Below are positions 1-6,979 of a DNA stretch of 24,000 nucleotides, piece after piece. The notes under the pieces are model-generated. The model searched no databases, was not told the DNA's origin, and saw only the letters and a program-made list of their open reading frames with translations. Numbering within the stretch: position 1 is the stretch's first letter; each line of letters begins with the position of its first letter. This DNA comes from Paludibacteraceae bacterium. GTDB taxonomy: Bacteria; Bacteroidota; Bacteroidia; Bacteroidales; Paludibacteraceae. A program made the translations under genes and the position numbers. Where the stretch lies: positions 29,229 through 53,228 of the forward strand of contig JAFVAX010000094.1 of the NCBI GenBank assembly GCA_017480285.1, in the 5' to 3' direction.

Positions 1-2
1 CG

Positions 3-230
3 GACCCTGAGATTGTTTTTGTTGCCTTGGGGTTGAAGAAAATGTTAGTTTTTGGTAGATCTAAAAATAATGAAACCATATTAGCATGGTGTCCTCACTG
101 CAAAAAAACGATGTCGTTGGAAGAGGCTATACAGAAAAAATGCCCACATTGCAATCATAAAATCTCATCACATATTGAAGTTATCAAAAAAAGGAAATTT
201 GAATGGATATTTAATGTTGAGAAAGTATAA
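3..230 (+). CDS. Small zinc-ribbon protein, or the C-terminal end of a larger protein running off the left edge (first ATG at 42)
   Basis: The frame is open from nt 3 (DPEIVFVALGLKK...). The track start at 27 is TTG. It contains CPHC-13aa-CPHC. The CPxC..SLE(E/D) segment resembles the C-terminus of the next ORF. Confidence 0.35.
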   Translation, partial: DPEIVFVALGLKKMLVFGRSKNNETILAWCPHCKKTMSLEEAIQKKCPHCNHKISSHIEVIKKRKFEWIFNVEKV

Positions 231-302
231 TTAATGGTGCATTCGGACTTGGATTTGAGTTGTTTTTTGATACTAATATATTCTATCAAGGAGGTATTTA
301 TA

Positions 303-917
303 ATGGATATTAAACAAGAAAATTTGATTTCATCAGTAGGGCTGAGATTTATAACAGGTCGGAAATTGCAACTACAAACAATCGCTGACCACATAGGCAT
401 AACATTAAGTGATTGTGCTGTTGTATTGATGTTTTTAATACTGATTCTATTTGTGTTCGTACAGATAGTTGAGGCATTTGAAAAATCAACAGCTTGGCTG
501 AATCAAGATTTGTGCTTTGGGATAATATACAAAATGAGTTATATTTCATTTATAGTTTTAGAAGTTTATCGGCATACTGAATTTCAAAAATTATATGGTA
601 AAAAGAAAGCCTTTGTTCATAATGGGAAGATATACAATACAATCAGATTGAAACATATCGGAGTTCCTATTCTTTTAAGTATTGTTTCACGATTTTCATA
701 TAGTTACTACAGAATAAACACAAAGTTTTATCAGATAGGTCAGAACAATGAAGGTGAAATTCTGATTAGATGTCCTGAATGCGGACAGTGTTATTCACTT
801 GAGGATTTTGTCAATTTTATCAAACCCGCATTAACAGAAAAGAACATATTTCGCAGAAACAATTTTCCTGACCATTGTCAATTTTGTAAAGGGAAAGTAA
901 TTGTTTTATGTCATTGA
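303..917 (+). CDS. Membrane protein with a C-terminal zinc ribbon; possible weak N-terminal HTH
   Basis: ATG at 303 is preceded by aggagg. Hydrophobic segments are present (VVLMFLILILFVFVQIV, ISFIVLEVY, IGVPILLSIV). The C-terminus reads IRCPECGQCYSLEDF...DHCQFCKGKV. The N-terminal VGLRFITGRKLQLQTIADHIGITLSD is only loosely XRE-HTH-like. Confidence 0.5.
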   Translation: MDIKQENLISSVGLRFITGRKLQLQTIADHIGITLSDCAVVLMFLILILFVFVQIVEAFEKSTAWLNQDLCFGIIYKMSYISFIVLEVYRHTEFQKLYGKKKAFVHNGKIYNTIRLKHIGVPILLSIVSRFSYSYYRINTKFYQIGQNNEGEILIRCPECGQCYSLEDFVNFIKPALTEKNIFRRNNFPDHCQFCKGKVIVLCH

Positions 918-924
918 TTTTTAT

Positions 925-1665
925 ATGAACAGACTACTTGTAAAATACAGATTATTGTGTTATAGTTGTGTTATATACCTATTAATCTGTCTTTCCACAA
1001 TTTTCAGGTTTTATTTAGAAGGGAAATTCCCGGTTATAAATTTTTTATCATTACCCTATAATTCTGCACCGTTAAGTATAAACACACAGCCAACGATGAG
1101 TGGTCTGATAAATGTTTATAATGATAGCCTTAACCAAGTCTCCCCTAAATATCAGCCGTTTAATTATATAGTTTTTGTTCCGGATTCGAATTTGACAAAC
1201 ATTAAAATCAAACGGGTTGATGAATACGCTTGTTATAAAAATACCTTATATCTCCAAGTTGAATTGTCAAACGATTCTTCAATTTGGTTGCGATTTCTTC
1301 CTATGGTAACCATCAACAACCTACAAATAGAATGTTTAGTAGAGAAAATCACCTCAAATGACTTTAAGTATTCCTTCAAATATAAATTCAAACAACTATA
1401 TTTCATAGAAAAAATAGTCTATAAATACATTTTTTGCGAGAATACTGCCGTGTTCCATTACTCAATCCGTCTGTTCGTTCTATTTTTATGCTTACTCTTT
1501 CCTGTGTTTTTTATAATGCACATTTTTTTAATATCAATTTTTATCCAACTTTTCAAACGAGTTAATTACGAAAAAAACATTTTTTATAAGATTTTGTATT
1601 TTATCGCACCTTTTTCCTTTGAAATATGCTATTGTATAATAGAGTATTTTTGGGGATTTGTATAA
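925..1665 (+). CDS. Hypothetical membrane protein (N-terminal TM, C-terminal multi-TM)
   Basis: ATG at 925; the track start at 901 is TTG. It is an AT-rich ORF with hydrophobic N- and C-termini. Its last ~27 codons lie inside the duplicated module 1586-1780, so the 3' end may be incidental read-through. Confidence 0.4.
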   Translation: MNRLLVKYRLLCYSCVIYLLICLSTIFRFYLEGKFPVINFLSLPYNSAPLSINTQPTMSGLINVYNDSLNQVSPKYQPFNYIVFVPDSNLTNIKIKRVDEYACYKNTLYLQVELSNDSSIWLRFLPMVTINNLQIECLVEKITSNDFKYSFKYKFKQLYFIEKIVYKYIFCENTAVFHYSIRLFVLFLCLLFPVFFIMHIFLISIFIQLFKRVNYEKNIFYKILYFIAPFSFEICYCIIEYFWGFV

Positions 1666-1780
1666 TTTATTGCTGACTATTAAAAACCACATAAAAAATA
1701 TATCTATGCAACGAATTTTGTTTCTATTAATGTTTGTATTCAAAATGTGTATTACCTTAGCCGATGAGTTTGAAGTCGAA
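1586..1780 (+). repeat. Copy 1 of a 195-bp promoter/leader/signal-peptide module
   Basis: It aligns without gaps to 6785-6979 at a constant offset of 5199 bp. The first ~75 bp have about 3 mismatches. The ATG and signal-peptide codons are conserved. Confidence 0.85.
1618..1652 (+). promoter_or_regulatory. Candidate Bacteroidota promoter inside module copy 1
   Basis: TTTG at 1618-1621 and TAttTTTG at 1645-1652. The spacer is 23 nt, longer than the usual 19-21. A TATAAT also sits at 1636-1641. The block is essentially identical in copy 2. Confidence 0.35.
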
Positions 1781-2734
1781 CAGCATCCGATTACATTAGA
1801 CTTTCCTAACTCAATAGATACGATTTCAGCATTACCGCAGAAGTTTATTTCCGATAAGAACTTGGAAGATACCTGTATTTGGAATTTTTCAGACTTTAAC
1901 ACAGATACAACTGAAACATATTTTTATCTGACACCATTGTCCCCTGCAGATATTGTCTTTACACGCAATAGACAGCATTCATACTACAAAATAATCAACG
2001 ACACTCTTTTCAGAACTGGCTACGAAACATCCCAAAACAAGGTTTGCTTTGCAAACAAAGAGCCTGTTTTTGCATTGACTATGGTTGGTGACAGTCTGCA
2101 AGGCAACTTCAATGGAAAAGGAGAATTCGGAGGGGTTGTAACTTTGTCGCTGCACGGAACAGCAAAGACAAAAATATGTGCAACAGGAAGGCTACTGTTG
2201 CCTGATTATGAAACAGACAGCGTCTTGATGGTAACACGCCATCGTATTATTAGCGAAACTTCACAGCCCGGACGGAATATTCTTGAAAAATCACAATACT
2301 GGATCAAGCCGCCATCGTATTTCCCCATTGTGGAAAACACCTTGACACAGGTCATCGAACAAAATGATACATTGCAATATACCCAAACATACTATTATCA
2401 TCAAACAAGTTTGACCGAATCAAACAGAATTTCGGACAGTCTTACTATTGACAGTATTATTGCCTCAATTGATTCCATTTATACGGATGCCTCTTATCTT
2501 CCAAATCCGGTAATATCACAACTTATAGTTTCATACAGGCTGACACAATCCGCCGAAATAGGTTTTTCAATGTTTAACAGCAATGGTTTTCTGATGTACT
2601 CAACAAACAATATCCTTCAAGAGGCAGGCTGTTACAGCTTTCAAATTGATATGTCTTCCTATCCAACGGGAGGATATGTTTTATATGTGAATGTGAATGA
2701 CCTAGTTTTATCCACACCAATACTCAAACAATAG
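1706..2734 (+). CDS. Secreted protein with a T9SS type A C-terminal sorting domain
   Basis: ATG at 1706 gives the signal peptide MQRILFLLMFVFKMCITLA/DEF; the track start at 1658 is TTG. The C-terminal ~80 aa (YLPNPVISQLIVSYRL..IGFSMFNSNGFLMYS..YSFQIDMSSYPTGGYVLYVNVND..) fit the Por/T9SS CTD pattern (PNP..l.i, i.D..G, L..G.Y). Confidence 0.7.
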   Translation: MQRILFLLMFVFKMCITLADEFEVEQHPITLDFPNSIDTISALPQKFISDKNLEDTCIWNFSDFNTDTTETYFYLTPLSPADIVFTRNRQHSYYKIINDTLFRTGYETSQNKVCFANKEPVFALTMVGDSLQGNFNGKGEFGGVVTLSLHGTAKTKICATGRLLLPDYETDSVLMVTRHRIISETSQPGRNILEKSQYWIKPPSYFPIVENTLTQVIEQNDTLQYTQTYYYHQTSLTESNRISDSLTIDSIIASIDSIYTDASYLPNPVISQLIVSYRLTQSAEIGFSMFNSNGFLMYSTNNILQEAGCYSFQIDMSSYPTGGYVLYVNVNDLVLSTPILKQ

Positions 2735-2771
2735 ACAAAACCATTTTCAAAACAATTCCTTTTATAGAATA

Positions 2772-3057
2772 ATGTACATTTGCAAACTTATATTGCCTAT
2801 TGTTTTATTGTTTGCTTTCACATATATTAAAGGTCAAATCATTATCAACCAAGTTCTGTACGACACACCGCTGAATGAAGAGATTAACAAGCCTCGGCGA
2901 ATTTATCGAGCTTTACAACATATCTGACACAACAAATTCACTACCGACCCAGACAGAAAAATTTGCAAAATTACATATAATTTGCTAAATTTGTGCGATA
3001 CAATACAAGTTTACGAATGGCAACAGGATTGAATACACATACGATGCAACAGGCAAA
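2772..3057 (+). pseudogene. Collapsed gene: signal peptide and lamin-tail-like start joined to a YD-repeat tail, disrupted by a stop and frameshifts
   Basis: - ATG at 2772 gives MYICKLILPIVLLFAFTYIKGQIIINQVLYDTPLNEE..., ending at TGA 2925-2927.
- An alternative frame reads GEFIELYNISDTT (LTD-like).
- From 2928 the frame reads ..DPDRKICKITYNLLNLCDTIQ.
- One extra base near 3010 shifts to FTNGNRIEYTYDATGK, which is in frame with ORF 3058. Confidence 0.55.
2952..3000 (+). repeat. 49-bp repeat (YD-tail segment DRKI.KITYNLLNLCD), copy 1
   Basis: 47/49 identical to 7861-7909. Confidence 0.85.
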
Positions 3058-4218
3058 ATGATAACCATTAAATACATTATCAAACTTGAGTCAGAACTAT
3101 ATCCGAACATTGATACTCTATCACATCAGTCAGACAACATACGGACTTTCACTAAACATTATAGAAACAATATAGAATATTACCAAACTGACAGCATAAA
3201 CACAAGATATATTGTCCACAGCACTGAAGGCTATACTACATTTAATCAAACAGGCAATCAGATAATCAACTACGAATACAACTACTATCATAAAGACCGT
3301 ATGGGCAATAATCTTGCCGTATATAATGCCACACTTGATTCTATAACCCAACGAACTTTTTATTATCCCTCAGGTGTACCGATGAGCATAAGCACAAACA
3401 GAAGCGAACAACCATACAAATACAGCGGCAAACAATTTGAGCAAATGAACGGCTATGATGCTTACAAATATGAGTTCCGTGATTATTATGCAACCACTGC
3501 CCGCTTCACTACCCCCGACCCGCTTGCCGACCGCACCCCACACAAATCTCCATACGCTTATGCAAACAACAATTTTATAAATGAAACGGATTTATATGGG
3601 TTGTTTGGTGATAGTTTTGTAAATAATTTTAGTTTACCAACTTTGGGCGTAACTTATATTTATGGAGATGGTTCTATAATTGCTCATGAAGAATGTGATG
3701 ATCATCGTGTTTTTATGTTTGACAGTGAAACCGGAGAGTGGAATTTTATCGGATTTGAAGTTTATGATAATGAAGGTAATATTGTATGTTATAGTGGATA
3801 TGACTTGAATGATTTTCATATTAAACCACCTAAAAAATACGACCAACCATACGGAGAAACATTTACTGGAGGGATGGACTACGGTTCTCAAGCTACCTCA
3901 AAATTTTGGGGAGGGTTGAATGATTTAGGGGTATATATGCAATATCCTTTTAGTTCAGGAATCAATATGTGGGGAGATATTATCCTTCGATTAAAGGGTA
4001 TAATGAATATTTTTGATAGTCAGAAAAGTCCACAAGAAACAAATAATAAAATACAAACATATCAGAATGATACTAACCACTATCAAATAATCATAAGAAA
4101 TAGATATCATAAGTATGGAGTTAAAACAATAAATAATGTTCCATATACTCAATGGTTTGATGATAATGGTAATTTAATTCATGCTGGTGATACTTTTTTT
4201 AATCGAACAATATTATAA
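3058..4218 (+). CDS. 5'-truncated RHS repeat-associated core plus variable C-terminal toxin domain (CT1)
   Basis: YD/RHS tail and core motifs are present: YHKDRMGNNLAVYN, YYPSGVPMS, QPYKYSGKQFE, YEFRDYYATTARFTTPDPLADRTPHKSPYAYANNNFINETDLYGL. They end at nt 3603. CT1 (3604-4218, ~205 aa) has no motif I recognise. The ATG at 3058 is internal to the ancestral frame. Confidence 0.7.
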   Translation: MITIKYIIKLESELYPNIDTLSHQSDNIRTFTKHYRNNIEYYQTDSINTRYIVHSTEGYTTFNQTGNQIINYEYNYYHKDRMGNNLAVYNATLDSITQRTFYYPSGVPMSISTNRSEQPYKYSGKQFEQMNGYDAYKYEFRDYYATTARFTTPDPLADRTPHKSPYAYANNNFINETDLYGLFGDSFVNNFSLPTLGVTYIYGDGSIIAHEECDDHRVFMFDSETGEWNFIGFEVYDNEGNIVCYSGYDLNDFHIKPPKKYDQPYGETFTGGMDYGSQATSKFWGGLNDLGVYMQYPFSSGINMWGDIILRLKGIMNIFDSQKSPQETNNKIQTYQNDTNHYQIIIRNRYHKYGVKTINNVPYTQWFDDNGNLIHAGDTFFNRTIL

Positions 4219-4233
4219 TACTATTAACATTCC

Positions 4234-4515
4234 ATGAAAAAGAAAACAATAATATCAATAACATTAGATTGTCTGATTTGGCTAAGTATCTTGGTTTCGT
4301 TCATACTGCTCATTCGGAAAAGGTATTATGAAAAAATCTGCCTTGAAATTTTAACCTATGATAGCTTATTGTTAAGAGAGTTCTACGAAAATGACAGCCT
4401 GAAAGCTCAATACAAAATAAATATAATATCTTTTGAGATTGATGGAACTGAATATTATAAAAACGGGGAAATCAGTTCAAGTGGCAAATATAATTTGATA
4501 TTACAAGATGAATAA
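4234..4515 (+). CDS. Small N-terminally membrane-anchored protein; immunity candidate for CT1
   Basis: It starts 16 nt after the CT1 stop. There is an N-terminal TM (IISITLDCLIWLSILVSFILLI). The stop overlaps the next start (ATGAATAA, 4508-4515). Confidence 0.5.
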   Translation: MKKKTIISITLDCLIWLSILVSFILLIRKRYYEKICLEILTYDSLLLREFYENDSLKAQYKINIISFEIDGTEYYKNGEISSSGKYNLILQDE

Positions 4516-5182
4516 AAAATCTGTCAAAAAATATATTATAATTTCTTTTAACCTGATAAGTGGTATTGCATTTATTATTTATATAATTTACCTGTATTTT
4601 TATTTTAATGGTACTTCTTTATCTTTTGTAAAGAATTTTGAAAATGAACTTGTTGCTCAAACAAAGTATTATCCTTGGAGCAATACTATGATAATAGAAA
4701 AATACTATCACAACACCAAGTATCAAGATATTACTATCAAATCTTCGGACAATATTACCATTGAACAAATAGGCTGTTCGTTTTCAAAATATGAAAAGAA
4801 TCTATACAAAATCGAACAAACAAAACCTGATTCGTCTGACATTGTTCAAAACAATGACAAATACAACGCATACGTTTATCTTGATGGGGAAAAAATATCT
4901 ACCGGTAATAAGATCAGGGCACTTAAAAGAAATACTCAATACAAAATATATACATATTGGGAAAATATCAGTCATTCTGAATATGAAGTTTTATTTTCAA
5001 ATTCAAATACCAATAATATTTATACTTTTGAAATACTTGGTAATACTGAAGATGAAGTAGGAGTGTGCATTTTTGAAACTCCCGAGGAACCTTGTTTTTT
5101 TCAAATTATTTATTTATACAAATATATTTCAAATAATCAAAACAAAGGAATAATTAAGAATTTTAATTTTTATATTGAATAG
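4508..5182 (+). CDS. N-terminally membrane-anchored protein; second immunity candidate for CT1
   Basis: It overlaps the preceding ORF by 8 nt, consistent with translational coupling. There is an N-terminal TM (YIIISFNLISGIAFIIYIIYLYFYF). The AT-rich composition matches the cassette. Confidence 0.55.
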   Translation: MNKKSVKKYIIISFNLISGIAFIIYIIYLYFYFNGTSLSFVKNFENELVAQTKYYPWSNTMIIEKYYHNTKYQDITIKSSDNITIEQIGCSFSKYEKNLYKIEQTKPDSSDIVQNNDKYNAYVYLDGEKISTGNKIRALKRNTQYKIYTYWENISHSEYEVLFSNSNTNNIYTFEILGNTEDEVGVCIFETPEEPCFFQIIYLYKYISNNQNKGIIKNFNFYIE

Positions 5183-5206
5183 CATAATTATCCGTCAGGT
5201 TTACCG

Positions 5207-6106
5207 ATGAGTCTTAGTACCAACAAAAGCGAACAACCATACAAATACAACGGCAAAAGATTTGAGCAAATGAACGGCTATGATGCTTATAAATATGAGT
5301 TTCGTGATTATTACCCCACAATAGCCCGTTTCACCACCCCCGACCCACTTGCCGACCACACCCCACACAAATCACCCTACGCTTATGCAAACAACAACTT
5401 TGTAAATGAAACGGATGTGCTTGGATTGTTTGGAAACACTAATGTTAAAATATCGACTCCAGTTTTTTCTTGGGCAGCAATAGATAGAAATGGTATTTTA
5501 ATAGGTTTCGGAGATGATTATGGAGACGATAAAGTTTATTTGGTGGATGATGATTGGGATGGGACATACATTGGTTTATCAAATTATAATCCAATTGGAT
5601 ATGAATGTATGAATCAAAATGAATATAAACTTGGATATCCAATATATTATAAAATAAAATTCATAATGCCACCAGATAAGTTTAGTTCCTTATTACCACA
5701 AGAAAGTGAGACATTGATGTTTGGTAATAAACCGGTTTTACTTGATAATGACATCATTAAAAGTCAGGAGTTTTGGGATATCACATCTACAACTTTTGCA
5801 CTTTTGCATCATTATTACATAAACTTAAATGAATTAAAATTAAATAAGATATCTTATTTAATAGGTATAGGAGAATTAGCCACAAATGTGTATAATTATA
5901 CTAAAGAAGGTTTTTCGGTTGATAATGCTATTTCTACACTTTCAATTGTTAGTAGCTTTTGTTGTGTTGAAGGAGTTTTCTTTGGATTATATCTAAATAT
6001 GAGTTATTTTGTTGTCAAGAAAAGTAGTCAAAGTATTATAGACTTTAATAATTATTATGAGAACTATAATACTTGGTATAATTTATGGGAATTCGGTGAT
6101 TTCTAA
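5207..6106 (+). CDS. Orphan RHS core tail plus variable C-terminal toxin domain (CT2)
   Basis: - Homology to the core (HNYPSGLPMSLSTNKSEQPYKYNGK...NETDVLGL) starts at 5183, one codon after the TAG of the previous ORF and in the same frame.
- The first ATG is at 5207.
- The core ends at 5428.
- CT2 (5429-6106) is unrelated to CT1 over most of its length.
- CT2 has a hydrophobic stretch at aa 241-270 (nt 5927-6016). Confidence 0.7.
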   Translation: MSLSTNKSEQPYKYNGKRFEQMNGYDAYKYEFRDYYPTIARFTTPDPLADHTPHKSPYAYANNNFVNETDVLGLFGNTNVKISTPVFSWAAIDRNGILIGFGDDYGDDKVYLVDDDWDGTYIGLSNYNPIGYECMNQNEYKLGYPIYYKIKFIMPPDKFSSLLPQESETLMFGNKPVLLDNDIIKSQEFWDITSTTFALLHHYYINLNELKLNKISYLIGIGELATNVYNYTKEGFSVDNAISTLSIVSSFCCVEGVFFGLYLNMSYFVVKKSSQSIIDFNNYYENYNTWYNLWEFGDF

Positions 6107-6119
6107 ATACTATAATAGT

Positions 6120-6617
6120 ATGTTGTTCATATTTACGGATCAAAAGAAAAAGTCAAGTATGCTCGTAAAAGAGTTACTCCCTTGCATATTAGGTCCTGTT
6201 ATTATTATTGCAACAACATATTTTATCATTAATGATTTAAAAGCATATATTTTTATTATTCTTTCTGTTTTTCCGATAATCCTTATTCAATGCATCATAA
6301 TTGCTTATACAATACACAAATACTGGGAATGGGATAAAAATACTATTGTAAAATATAATAGCGATAGTTGTATGATAGAATACAAAAATCCAAATATGTC
6401 CCCAAACACAATATACTTTAATACCAAAGACATTGATTATTGGTATAGAATAAATTTAGCATTAACTGTTTCTGATTTATACTATTCTGAACTACATATA
6501 AATCAAAAAAAAATAATTAAAATATCAAGTTTTATAGATTTGAGTGTGATAGAAGATGAATTTAAAAAACAAAAGGAGATAGATAACCGATTCTCATTTA
6601 ATATCTTATTGCATTGA
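6120..6617 (+). CDS. Polytopic membrane protein; immunity candidate for CT2
   Basis: ATG at 6120 lies 14 nt after the CT2 stop. The track start at 6057 overlaps CT2, and ATG at 6159 is also possible. There are two clear TM segments (LLPCILGPVIIIATTYFII; YIFIILSVFPIILIQCIIIAYTI). Confidence 0.55.
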   Translation: MLFIFTDQKKKSSMLVKELLPCILGPVIIIATTYFIINDLKAYIFIILSVFPIILIQCIIIAYTIHKYWEWDKNTIVKYNSDSCMIEYKNPNMSPNTIYFNTKDIDYWYRINLALTVSDLYYSELHINQKKIIKISSFIDLSVIEDEFKKQKEIDNRFSFNILLH

Positions 6618-6644
6618 AATAAGTTCCAATTATTAGAAACTTTT

Positions 6645-6778
6645 GGGGCAATAATCTTGCCGTATATAACGCCACGCGAGACTCCGTAACACAACGAACT
6701 TTTTATTATCCGTCAGGTTTACCGATGAGTCTTAGTACCAACAAAAGCGAACAACCATACAAATACAGCGGCAAATAA
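6645..6778 (+). pseudogene. RHS core stub (third copy), truncated by a stop
   Basis: It translates as GNNLAVYNATRDSVTQRTFYYPSGLPMSLSTNKSEQPYKYSGK*. The 5' part resembles 3303-3370. The segment 6705-6775 is 70/71 identical to 5187-5257. Confidence 0.75.
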
Positions 6779-6784
6779 TTTTTA

Positions 6785-6979
6785 ATAAGATTTTGTATTT
6801 CATAGCACCTTTTTCATTTGAAATATGCTATTGTATAATAGAGTATTTTTGGGGATTTGTTTAAACAACTATTTATAAGTAACAATAATATACATAATTT
6901 ATCTATGCAGCGGATTTTGTTTCTTTTAATATCTGTACTTCAAGTAATCATTTCATTTGCCGATGAATTTGAAGTTGAC
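6785..6979 (+). repeat. Copy 2 of the 195-bp promoter/leader/signal-peptide module
   Basis: Gap-free alignment to 1586-1780. It starts about 7 nt after the stop that truncates the RHS stub. Confidence 0.85.
6817..6851 (+). promoter_or_regulatory. Candidate promoter inside module copy 2
   Basis: It has the same TTTG ... TAttTTTG block as 1618-1652, with a 23-nt spacer. Confidence 0.35.

Noticed and set aside
4791-5060. 89-aa ORF nested in another frame of ORF 4508-5182
   Set aside because: It is fully nested, highly basic, and low-complexity. The longer frame has a TM anchor and translational coupling to the upstream gene.
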